Shown one piece after another: positions 39,037-47,343 of a DNA stretch of 64,000 nucleotides; within the stretch, counting starts at the first letter, position 1; the number at the start of each line of letters is the position of its first letter. The stretch is from Candidatus Omnitrophota bacterium (lineage in GTDB: Bacteria; Omnitrophota; Gorgyraeia; Gorgyraeales; Gorgyraeaceae), in NCBI GenBank assembly GCA_030649895.1, contig JAUSEX010000045.1, forward strand, positions 17,875-81,874, read 5' to 3'. The notes below the pieces were generated by a model. The model was not told where the DNA came from. It ran no database searches and saw only the letters and a program-made list of their open reading frames with translations. Made by a program: the position numbers and the translations under genes.

Positions 39037-40654
39037 CGGTCACGCGCACAACCTCTTCCATGCTGGTTACGCCATTTTTTTGTTTTTCCATACCATCGTC
39101 GTGCAACGTCTTCATGCCTTTTGAAACAGCGTAACTTCTTATATCGTCCACAGAAGCGCTTTCTATTATCATTTCCCTGATTTTATCGTCGATCGCCAAG
39201 GCCTCGAGTATCGCTATCCTTCCGAAATAACCCGTTGAGTTGCATTTTTTACATCCTTTGCCGCTGCAGGCCTTGCATATCACCCTGCATAGCCTCTGCG
39301 CAGCCACCATTACCACTGAGCTGGCTATTAAAAACGGCTCTATACCCATATCCATAAGCCTTGAAATAGCAGTAGGCGCGTCATTTGTATGAAGAGTGCT
39401 CAGCACCAATTGTCCTGTAAGCGACGCCTTTATCGCGATATCAGCGGTCTCGGAATCTCTTATCTCTCCTATCATGATCACGTCAGGGCTTTGCCTTAAT
39501 AACGAGCGCAAGCCGTTTGCGAAAGTCAAACCTATCTCCGCATTCGCCTGTATCTGCGTTATGCCCTCAACCTGGTATTCGACAGGGTCTTCTATGGTTA
39601 TAATATTTTTTTCAGGGGTATTCATCTGATTTATCACAGAATAAAGCGTGGTGGATTTTCCGCTGCCGGTCGGCCCTGTCACAAGTATCATGCCAAAAGG
39701 CTTTGCTATCGCCTCCTTAAATCTCGCAAGCGTATCGCTTGAAAAACCAAGCGTATCAAGGCCTATTGAAAGGTTTGATTTATCAAGCGCCCTCATCACC
39801 ACCTTGCCTCCAAAAGCGGTCGGCAGCATAGACACCCTGAAATCGACCTCTTTTTTCTGCATCCTTATTCTGAACCTTCCGTCCTGGGGCACCCTAGATT
39901 CTGTTATATTCATACCGGACATAATCTTTAATCTCGCTAACACGGCATTCTGATTCTTCTTCGGCACCCTCAGGACCTCTTGAAGATTTCCGTCAATCCT
40001 GTATCTCACGCGCATATAATCTTCTTCAGACTCAATATGTATATCAGAAGCCCTTTTTTTCAAAGCCTCCAGTATTATTAAGTTGACCATTTTTACAATA
40101 GGCGGGGTCCCGCCTTCCAGCGCAGCCTCCCCGATATCAAACTCTTCTTTCGCCATATCCAAGACTTCCAGATTAGCTTCTTCTGTATTCTTAATAGCGT
40201 CCGACAAAGACTTATTTCCCGTATCGTAAAATTTATCTATCGCGCTCAATATATCGGTTTCAGTACTCATCACAGGCTCTATGCTGAATTTTGTGAGCAT
40301 CTTCAGGTCATCTATTGCAAATATATTCAGCGGATCTGCCATAGCAACTATCAATGTATTGGAGAACCTGCATATGGCAATAACCTTGTACTGCCTCGCC
40401 ATTGCCTCATGTATAAGTTTGACGCTGTCTTTTTCCACTTTATATTTTGAAAGATTAATAGCTGGTATATTTAATTCCCTGCTCATCACTGACATCAGGT
40501 CTTTCTCGGCTATCATCCCCTCTTTAATAAGTATCTTGCCAAGGCTCCCGCCGTCTTTTGTCTGAATATTCCTGGCCCTCTCGAGATCTTTCTGCGCAAT
40601 AAGCTTGTTATCAACCAGCGCCTGTATCAATCTGTCTTTTAACGATTTAGCCAT
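39026..40654 (-). CDS. pilB: Type IV pilus assembly ATPase PilB / GspE family (paralog 1)
   Basis: 542 aa with an N-terminal MshEN-like domain, Walker A VTGPTGSGKSTTLYS and a compact tetracysteine CKAC..CKKC. Confidence 0.9.
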   Translation of the reverse strand: MAKSLKDRLIQALVDNKLIAQKDLERARNIQTKDGGSLGKILIKEGMIAEKDLMSVMSRELNIPAINLSKYKVEKDSVKLIHEAMARQYKVIAICRFSNTLIVAMADPLNIFAIDDLKMLTKFSIEPVMSTETDILSAIDKFYDTGNKSLSDAIKNTEEANLEVLDMAKEEFDIGEAALEGGTPPIVKMVNLIILEALKKRASDIHIESEEDYMRVRYRIDGNLQEVLRVPKKNQNAVLARLKIMSGMNITESRVPQDGRFRIRMQKKEVDFRVSMLPTAFGGKVVMRALDKSNLSIGLDTLGFSSDTLARFKEAIAKPFGMILVTGPTGSGKSTTLYSVINQMNTPEKNIITIEDPVEYQVEGITQIQANAEIGLTFANGLRSLLRQSPDVIMIGEIRDSETADIAIKASLTGQLVLSTLHTNDAPTAISRLMDMGIEPFLIASSVVMVAAQRLCRVICKACSGKGCKKCNSTGYFGRIAILEALAIDDKIREMIIESASVDDIRSYAVSKGMKTLHDDGMEKQKNGVTSMEEVVRVTAEE

Positions 40655-40669
40655 TTTGCTTTCTAAATG

Positions 40670-40692
40670 CCGTTCCCGATCGACGAACGGGA
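40670..40692. repeat. Family D short palindrome (CCGTTCCCGATCGACGAACGGG) between pilB2 and pilB1
   Basis: Shares the CCGATCGACGA core with 35345..35363 and 46676..46728. Confidence 0.5.
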
Positions 40693-40711
40693 AAAAGAGA
40701 TAAGTTTTTAA

Positions 40712-42469
40712 TTATTCATCCGCCACTGTTACGCGCAAAACCTCTTCGAGGCTCGTAAGGCCTTCTAAAACTTTTGCAATACCGTCTTCGCGCAATGTCC
40801 TCATGCCTTCGTCCCTGGCAATCTTTTTCAATTCATTTTCCCTGGCACGCTTTAAAACAAGATTTCTTATTGCAGGCGTAAGCGCAAGTACCTCGCATAT
40901 ACCTACCCTGCCTGCATATCCCGTATGTAGGCAAGCGCTGCATCCTTTCGCCCTGTAAAAGGATCCAACCTTTCCGACTCCGTGAGTCGCCGCATTCGCG
41001 CTGCGACCCGCGGAGCCGGAAAGGTTAATGCCAAGCCTTGAACTTAAAATATCGCTTGGTTTGTATTCCTCTCTGCATTTGGCGCATAATTTCCGGATAA
41101 GCCTTTGCGCGACTATTGCAATAAGGGATGATGTTATTAAAAAAGGTTCGCAGCCCATATTTATAAGCCGCACCACTGTACCAGGTGCGGTAGTCGTGTG
41201 AAGAGTGCTAAGTACAAGATGGCCTGTTAACGCGGACTTTATCGCTATATCCACTGTATCGAAATCCCTTATCTCTCCTATCATTATCACGTCAGGATCC
41301 TGCCTGAGAATCGACCTGAGCGCACTGGCAAATGTAAGGCCTGCCTCTGCCCTGGCTGTAACCTGATTAATACCCTCTATCTGGTATTCAATGGGATCCT
41401 CGACTGTTATAAGATTTTTTTCAGGGGAATAGACATGTCTCATTAGAGAATAAAGAGTAGTAGTTTTCCCGCTTCCCGTAGGGCCAGTGACAAGTATCAT
41501 GCCATGAGGCCTGGACGCGCATTTTTTTAATTTATCCAGGGAGTCCCCGCTGAAGCCCAGCTTATCAATATCAAGCATAGCCTGAGATTTATCCAGCACC
41601 CTCAATGCTACTTTTTCGCCTTTACTCGAGGGGAGAATGCTTACCCTGAAATCTACATTGTTATTATTTATTTTCAACCTGAACCTGCCGTCCTGCGGAA
41701 GGCGGCGTTCGGCAATGTTTAATTCAGACATGACCTTTATCCTGGAAACAATAGATTCATGCGTATTTTTCGGCAGGGATTCCGCTTCCTTTAATACGCC
41801 GTCTACCCTGTACCTGATGCGCACTGAATTTTCCATAGGCTCTACCAGGATATCGCTGGACCTGGCTTTTATCCCGTTTTCAAGTATCATATTTGTCAAC
41901 TTTACAACAGGCGCCTCTTCCACCAGCTTAAACAACCTCTCTGAATCTACTTTTTCTTCAGTCCCGCCTATCTGTATGAACTCTATGTCCTGCGTCTTCA
42001 TATCTTCCATTAATTCTTCTATGGCTTCATGGGTATTCTCTCCATAATACTGGTCTATTGCGTCCTGAACCTCTTTTTGAAAAGCTATAATAGTGCCTAT
42101 GTCAAGCTTGGTAATAGCCCTTATATCATCAATCGCAAAAATATTCAACGGATCCGACATTGCAATGGTAAGCATATTGCCAACCCTTGAGACAGGTATT
42201 ATCTGGTATTTATTCGCCACTTCGCGAGGGATAAGCTTTATGAGTTCCGGGTCTATTTTAAAACGCGCCAGGGATATAGGCGGGATACCGAGGCCCTGGC
42301 TCAAAACCGACATAAGGTCTTTTTCTGTTATAAAGCCTGCTTGTATGAGGATGCTTCTTAAAGAGCCGCCCTTTGCTTTCTGGATCTTCAACGCCTCGTC
42401 CAGCTGGGCTTTTGAAATAGTCTTATCGCTTATCAACAATTCTATCAGACGCTCTTTTAATGAATACAT
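40712..42469 (-). CDS. PilB / GspE family ATPase (paralog 2), with a family C repeat insertion in the zinc-finger loop
   Basis: 585 aa, Walker A VTGPTGSGKTTTLYS. CAKC...CSAC are spaced 45 aa apart against about 29 aa in typical PilB. The extra LSGSAGRSANAATHGVGKVGS is encoded by hairpin 40972..41021. Confidence 0.9.
   Translation of the reverse strand: MYSLKERLIELLISDKTISKAQLDEALKIQKAKGGSLRSILIQAGFITEKDLMSVLSQGLGIPPISLARFKIDPELIKLIPREVANKYQIIPVSRVGNMLTIAMSDPLNIFAIDDIRAITKLDIGTIIAFQKEVQDAIDQYYGENTHEAIEELMEDMKTQDIEFIQIGGTEEKVDSERLFKLVEEAPVVKLTNMILENGIKARSSDILVEPMENSVRIRYRVDGVLKEAESLPKNTHESIVSRIKVMSELNIAERRLPQDGRFRLKINNNNVDFRVSILPSSKGEKVALRVLDKSQAMLDIDKLGFSGDSLDKLKKCASRPHGMILVTGPTGSGKTTTLYSLMRHVYSPEKNLITVEDPIEYQIEGINQVTARAEAGLTFASALRSILRQDPDVIMIGEIRDFDTVDIAIKSALTGHLVLSTLHTTTAPGTVVRLINMGCEPFLITSSLIAIVAQRLIRKLCAKCREEYKPSDILSSRLGINLSGSAGRSANAATHGVGKVGSFYRAKGCSACLHTGYAGRVGICEVLALTPAIRNLVLKRARENELKKIARDEGMRTLREDGIAKVLEGLTSLEEVLRVTVADE
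40972..41021. repeat. Family C hairpin repeat inserted in-frame inside pilB2
   Basis: TTCCGACTCCGTGAGTCGCC-GCATTCGCGCT-GCGACCCGCGGAGCCGGAA; first arm identical to 885..904 except for 2 nt. Confidence 0.75.
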
Positions 42470-42480
42470 ATTATTTTCTT

Positions 42481-42545
42481 CTCTACCCCGCTTCCGTATC
42501 TCGCTCCCATGACCGCTAGAAGAACGCTGGTAGTCCAGTCAAAGA
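42481..42545. repeat. Family A repeat, degenerate half, between pilB2 and the MshEN gene
   Basis: ...CTCCCATGACCGCTAGAAGAACGCTGG... Confidence 0.5.
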
Positions 42546-42983
42546 TTATTTATAATATTTCTCTACCGCTTTTTTAATATCCGTAGCCGTGCTGACAAAA
42601 ATTTGCACGCACAAGCCTGATAATAGCGCGATGTCTTCCACTGCCTGGCTATTCAAAGGATTTGCCATTGCTATGGTAAGATTACTGCCTATCTTGTCCA
42701 CCGGAATCAAGCAATATTGTATCGCCACATTTTTAGGGACTATCTTGACTATCTCAGGATCTATTTCATAATTTTCGAGCGGCAGATAGGGAAAGCCGTA
42801 CTGGGCTGTTATAGCCTGCGCAATCGCTTCTTCAGTCACATAGCCTAAGTCAACAAGAACCTGGCCTATAAGGCCGCCCTTATCTTTCTGTATTTCCAGG
42901 GCATGCTGAAGCTGGGTCCTATTTATAAGCCCCAGGTCAGCCAAAAGTTCCCCCAATTGTTTTAAGTTTATACGATTAGCCAT
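42546..42983 (-). CDS. Stand-alone GspE-N / MshEN domain protein (putative c-di-GMP-binding T4P regulator)
   Basis: 145 aa. QLGELLADLGLINRTQLQHALEIQ fits the 24-residue MshEN c-di-GMP motif RLGxx(L/V/I)(L/V/I)xxG(L/V/I/F)(L/V/I)xxxxLxxxLxxQ. No ATPase domain. Confidence 0.7.
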   Translation of the reverse strand: MANRINLKQLGELLADLGLINRTQLQHALEIQKDKGGLIGQVLVDLGYVTEEAIAQAITAQYGFPYLPLENYEIDPEIVKIVPKNVAIQYCLIPVDKIGSNLTIAMANPLNSQAVEDIALLSGLCVQIFVSTATDIKKAVEKYYK

Positions 42984-42988
42984 ATCGC

Positions 42989-43083
42989 TTCTCGACTCGG
43001 TTGCTTCGCGTCCTCGCTCGAAGAATATTAATATTGCTCAAGCGGACACTGTTACTGCATTCGTAGTTCAGCCGAGAACCTCT
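42989..43083. repeat. Family A repeat element between the MshEN gene and pilT
   Basis: TTCTCGACTCGGTTGCTTCGCGTCCTCGCTCGAAGAATATTAATATTGCTCAAGCGGACACTGTTACTGCATTCGTAGTTCAGCCGAGAACC. Confidence 0.85.
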
Positions 43084-43085
43084 AT

Positions 43086-44153
43086 TTATTTACCCTTCAG
43101 CACCCTTTCTAAATCCTGCACTTCCGTAGTGCTGGCCAAAGCCTCTTCTTCCGATATAGCGCCTTTTTTGTATAAGTCGAAAAGCGCCTGGTTCATAGTC
43201 TGCATATTATCCTTCTGCCCTGTCTGGATCACGGAATATATCTGATGAATCTTTGATTCTCTTATCAGGCTTTTTACAGCGTGGTTTGAGATAAGCACCT
43301 CTACGGCAAGGACCCTGCCTTTACCGCCCTTCCGCAGCAATAGCTGCTGCGAAATAACGCCTGTCAATACAAAAGAAAGCTGTGTCCTGACCTGCGCCTG
43401 CTGCCTTGAAGGAAATACGTCTATAATGCGGTTGATCGTCTGCGCGCTGTCTGAAGTATGAAGCGTTGCAAAAACAAGATGCCCTGTTTCCGCGATCACA
43501 AGAGCCGCCTCTATTGTTTCCAGGTCCCTCATTTCTCCTATCAAAATAACATCAGGGTCTTCCCTGAGTATGTGCCTAAGGCCCTGGCCAAATGAGTGAG
43601 TGTCAGCCCCGACCTCTCTCTGGTTTATTATGGATTTTTTATTTAAATGCACGTATTCTATGGGATCCTCTATCGTGATTATATGACAATCTCTGTTTGT
43701 ATTTATATAATTTATCATTGAAGCGAGACTTGTAGATTTTCCGCTACCTGTGGCTCCAGTGACAAGCACAAGGCCTTTCTGGCGCTGGCAAAAATCCTGG
43801 ACTACCTTTACAGGAAGGCCGCATTCCTCAAAACTCATTATCTTAAAAGGAAGCGCCCTGATAGCGGCCCCCACAAATCCTCTTTGAAAAAACACATTCA
43901 CCCTGAACCTGCTTACGCCTTCTATGGTAAACGCGAAATCTAATTCCTTGTCCCGCTCAAAGCTGCTTTTCTGATCATTTGTAAGAATAGAATGTACCAG
44001 GGCCTTCACCGATGGACCGTCCAACGCCTCACCGTCCAGAGGCAAAAGGCTGCCGTCCATCCTCATATGCGGCATAGTCCCTGCGCTCAAATGCACATCC
44101 GAAGCCCCTTTTTGGACAGCGTCTTTTAGTAACTGACTCAAATCCTTTACCAT
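43086..44153 (-). CDS. pilT: Twitching-motility retraction ATPase PilT
   Basis: 355 aa; AIRALP, Walker A VTGATGSGKSTSL, GHLVFATLHT. Confidence 0.9.
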   Translation of the reverse strand: MVKDLSQLLKDAVQKGASDVHLSAGTMPHMRMDGSLLPLDGEALDGPSVKALVHSILTNDQKSSFERDKELDFAFTIEGVSRFRVNVFFQRGFVGAAIRALPFKIMSFEECGLPVKVVQDFCQRQKGLVLVTGATGSGKSTSLASMINYINTNRDCHIITIEDPIEYVHLNKKSIINQREVGADTHSFGQGLRHILREDPDVILIGEMRDLETIEAALVIAETGHLVFATLHTSDSAQTINRIIDVFPSRQQAQVRTQLSFVLTGVISQQLLLRKGGKGRVLAVEVLISNHAVKSLIRESKIHQIYSVIQTGQKDNMQTMNQALFDLYKKGAISEEEALASTTEVQDLERVLKGK

Positions 44154-44233
44154 GTAACCTCCTTAACATCTTGCCGACTCTGTTTATATTATGCGCTCAT
44201 AACTGTCCGAAAAATATTTTTGCCGGTTGAAAA

Positions 44234-45598
44234 CTATACAGCTACTCTGTTCTTGCCAAGAGCCTTGGCATTGCGCACAAGCCTCTCCGCCTTTTCCATC
44301 AGCTCTTCCGCCGTAGAGCCGTCTATCGGATTCTCTGAAACGCCGACGGAAACAGTCAATTTCTTATCAGCCCTGGCTAGCCTTCCAAGCCCGTCTTCTA
44401 TCTTTTTCCTAATCTCTTCCGCGACATGCGCGGCCTGCCTTTTATTTTTCTCAGGCAAAATTATCCCAAACTTATCGTCGCGCAGGCGCCCTACCCTGTC
44501 TATCTCCATAACAGAACTTTTTAAAATAGCGCCCGCCTCCTTTAAAAGCGCCTCCGCCTTTCCCTGGCCATTGGCCGCGGAAAAATCTTTAAAATTATCC
44601 ATATCCACCAGGAGGTACCCGCACGGCCTCTGATACAAAAGCGCTCTTTTTATTTCCTCGTCCAGCCTGGGCTTCATATAACTGTAATTATACAGGGACG
44701 TCATTTCGTCTTTTGTAGTAAGCTCTTTTGATTTCTTTATAAGCATGTCGTTTTCAACAGCTATTGAAATCTGCTTGGCAAACACCTTCAGGAGTTCTTT
44801 TTCATCATCCGCAAAAATAAAATCTTTTTCATTGTTTCCAACCACAAGCATCCCGCATAATTTCCCAACGACTGTTACTGGGATGCTGACAATATTTTTC
44901 AGACCGAACCTATTCATCAAACAATCATGAGATACTTCAGATTGCTTTACCTTCTCCCCCAGCGCCTTTCCTTCTTCAAGATTACAGCTGGACGCTAAGC
45001 TATATTCATTTGCGCCATCTTCCGCAAGCAGCAAAACCGAAACTGAATTATACTCCACATCCGACACCTTCTGCGTTATAAAATCCAGGGTATTCTTTAA
45101 TTCTTTCGAAGAGGAAATGACATTTCCTATTTGCAAAAGCCCGGAAAGCGCAATGACCTTTTTATTTATCTCTATATTTATCAGCTTTGTCTTTTCCCCG
45201 TACGTCTTCAGCTCCTCCATGTTGTCTTTTATCTTCTGCGTCATGATATTCAGGGATTTGCTCAGATCTCCTACTTCATCTTCCCGGTTGATATCTATAA
45301 TATTTATCGCGCCGCCTTCGGCTATTATCTTCGCGTCCCCGGCCATTTTTATAACGGGGTCTATCATCTCTTTTGTAATATAAAGCCCTAGCATGGATAT
45401 TATTATGCATATAACCAATATAAAACTTATATTGGACAAGCTAAGCCCGAAAAATAAATTTATATTAGGAAAGATATACGTTATAACAATCCAGGCGCAT
45501 ACCATTATAGGGATAAGCGACATCAGGGAAAAACCTATCATTGTTTTGTATCTCAGGCCTTTGGGAACCATCGAAATATCTTTTGCTAGCTTTAACAT
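44234..45598 (-). CDS. Membrane HAMP-GAF protein with a degenerate GGDEF domain (RLRDDKF in place of GGDEF; predicted non-catalytic)
   Basis: 454 aa with two TM helices, HAMP, GAF and a C-terminal GGDEF fold whose signature reads VGRLRDDKFGIILPE. Confidence 0.75.
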   Translation of the reverse strand: MLKLAKDISMVPKGLRYKTMIGFSLMSLIPIMVCAWIVITYIFPNINLFFGLSLSNISFILVICIIISMLGLYITKEMIDPVIKMAGDAKIIAEGGAINIIDINREDEVGDLSKSLNIMTQKIKDNMEELKTYGEKTKLINIEINKKVIALSGLLQIGNVISSSKELKNTLDFITQKVSDVEYNSVSVLLLAEDGANEYSLASSCNLEEGKALGEKVKQSEVSHDCLMNRFGLKNIVSIPVTVVGKLCGMLVVGNNEKDFIFADDEKELLKVFAKQISIAVENDMLIKKSKELTTKDEMTSLYNYSYMKPRLDEEIKRALLYQRPCGYLLVDMDNFKDFSAANGQGKAEALLKEAGAILKSSVMEIDRVGRLRDDKFGIILPEKNKRQAAHVAEEIRKKIEDGLGRLARADKKLTVSVGVSENPIDGSTAEELMEKAERLVRNAKALGKNRVAV

Positions 45599-45689
45599 AC
45601 GCGCCTCCGTGTTTATTAACTCAAAGTATACAATACAATATATATAAATGCAAGCATAGGGCGTTCACCTTCCCGGTCGGGGAGGTTTT

Positions 45690-47327
45690 TTATTTTATAA
45701 ACCCCCATGGCAAGCTTTCGCCCGCCTCTTTTTTCTTTAAATAGATCTCCGGTCCTACGCCTGCCTCCTGAAAAGCCTGAACCCACAGATTATAATTAAA
45801 ATGTTCCGTCCAAGCCTGAAGCCGCAAACCTTTCTCCCACGCCTTCAGTATAACCTTGCCTATATTTTTATCGCCCCTGGCCAGCGCCGCCTCGATCCTA
45901 GCTATTTCCGGACTATGGAAACTCGCTCTCACCCTTGAGCCTTGAGCCCTGAGCCTTGAGCCCAAGCGATTTTGTTTCTCTTTAAGATTTTCCAGGCTCT
46001 CCATCCCTTCCTTCTCAAAATCAGAATACGGCTTCGGTATAAAAGGGCTCACGCTTATATTCACGTTTTTTATTTTCCCAGCCAGATCTATTATCGCGTC
46101 AAGATCTTCATCGGTCTCTCCCGGAAGCCCTATCATAAAATAGAGTTTTACTTTCCTCCATCCGGAGCTTAAAGCAGCTCTGGACTTTTCCAGAATTTCC
46201 GCGTCTGTTATTTTTTTATTTAAGGCATGCCTGAGGCGCTCACTCCCCGCTTCAGGCGCAAATGTAAGCCCTGCCCTTTTCAGCGTATCCATGCCGCTGT
46301 ATTCTTCAAATGTCCCCACTCTTAAAGACGGCAGAGACACCTTTACCCCGAGCGGCTTAAATTTCTCTTCAAGTTTTTTGGCGAGCTCCTCGATGTGCGG
46401 GTAATCGCCTGACGAAAGGGACAGTAAAGATAACTCTTCGTATCCTGTACTTTTTACAGATTCCTCCGCTATTTCCATGATCCTTTTTACGGAACGGATT
46501 CTTAGCGGATTAAAAATTTTACACGCCTGGCAGAATTTACATTGATGCGGACATCCGCGCATTATCTCTATGCCGATCCTGTCGTGGATAATCTGTATAT
46601 ACGGGACTACTATATCCGCAGGAAAATAAGCGGCGTCCAGATCCTTGACAATGCGTTTTGTTATGGCCGCAGGTCTCATCCCGATCGACGATCGGGACAC
46701 CAATCCCGATCGTCGATCGGGATTGGTAAAACTTGGAACATAAACGCCTTGTATCTCTGAAAGTTTTTTTAGCACAACTTCTCTTCTGCGATTCACCCTT
46801 AACCCTTCACCCTTCACCGCATTTACTATTTCTAATATCGCTTCCTCCGCCTCTCCGATCACAAAGGCATCTATGAAATCTGCCAGCGGCTCAGGATTGA
46901 ATGCGCACGGGCCTCCGGCTATTACAATAGGGCTGTCGTCTTCTCTTTCCGCGGAATATATCGGCACCCCTCCCAGGTCCAGGATATTAAGAACATCCAA
47001 ATAATTCATTTCATATTGAAGAGAAAAACCAATAATATCAAACTCCTTCAAAGCGTGAGCTGATTCAAGAGAAGAGAGCTTTTCCTTTCTATCTCTCAAT
47101 CTTTTCTCCATATCCATCCACAGGGCAAAAACCCTTTCGCATATTACATCTTTTTTCCCGTTCAATATGCCGTATAAAATCCTCATGCCGAGATGACTCA
47201 TGCCTATTTCATAAATATCCGGAAACGCCAGCGCTACTTTCAAAACGGTCTCGCCCCATTCTTTATGGACAGCGTTCCACTCGCTATTTATATATCTCGC
47301 CGGTCTTAATATATCTGAATCTACCAT
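45690..47327 (-). CDS. B12-binding-domain radical SAM protein (TIGR03960-like, partner family of DUF2344)
   Basis: 545 aa, radical SAM cluster motif CPHQCKFC. Contains an in-frame family D palindrome (46676..46728, encoding PDRRSGLVSRSSIG) and a GAGCC tandem repeat (45933..45965, encoding AQGSRLRAQGSRVRA). Confidence 0.8.
   Translation of the reverse strand: MVDSDILRPARYINSEWNAVHKEWGETVLKVALAFPDIYEIGMSHLGMRILYGILNGKKDVICERVFALWMDMEKRLRDRKEKLSSLESAHALKEFDIIGFSLQYEMNYLDVLNILDLGGVPIYSAEREDDSPIVIAGGPCAFNPEPLADFIDAFVIGEAEEAILEIVNAVKGEGLRVNRRREVVLKKLSEIQGVYVPSFTNPDRRSGLVSRSSIGMRPAAITKRIVKDLDAAYFPADIVVPYIQIIHDRIGIEIMRGCPHQCKFCQACKIFNPLRIRSVKRIMEIAEESVKSTGYEELSLLSLSSGDYPHIEELAKKLEEKFKPLGVKVSLPSLRVGTFEEYSGMDTLKRAGLTFAPEAGSERLRHALNKKITDAEILEKSRAALSSGWRKVKLYFMIGLPGETDEDLDAIIDLAGKIKNVNISVSPFIPKPYSDFEKEGMESLENLKEKQNRLGSRLRAQGSRVRASFHSPEIARIEAALARGDKNIGKVILKAWEKGLRLQAWTEHFNYNLWVQAFQEAGVGPEIYLKKKEAGESLPWGFIK
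45933..45965. repeat. Tandem oligonucleotide repeat (CTTGAGCC)n, in-frame within the radical SAM gene
   Basis: CCCTTGAGCCTTGAGCCCTGAGCCTTGAGCCC. The same motif recurs at 53086..53114, 53590..53620 and 60686..60712. Confidence 0.8.
46676..46728. repeat. Family D compound palindrome (TCCCGATCGACGATCGGGA x2, inverted), in-frame in the radical SAM gene
   Basis: ATCCCGATCGACGATCGGGACACCAATCCCGATCGTCGATCGGGATTGG. Confidence 0.8.
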
Positions 47328-47343
47328 CTATTCTTTCCCAAAG

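Noticed and set aside
45661-45695. Hairpin CCTTCCCGGTCGGGGAGG followed by a T tract at the radical SAM 3' end
   Set aside because: The T tract follows the hairpin on the plus strand only, i.e. antisense to every gene here, and overlaps the rSAM stop codon. The stem is also imperfect. Not a convincing terminator for the minus-strand genes.
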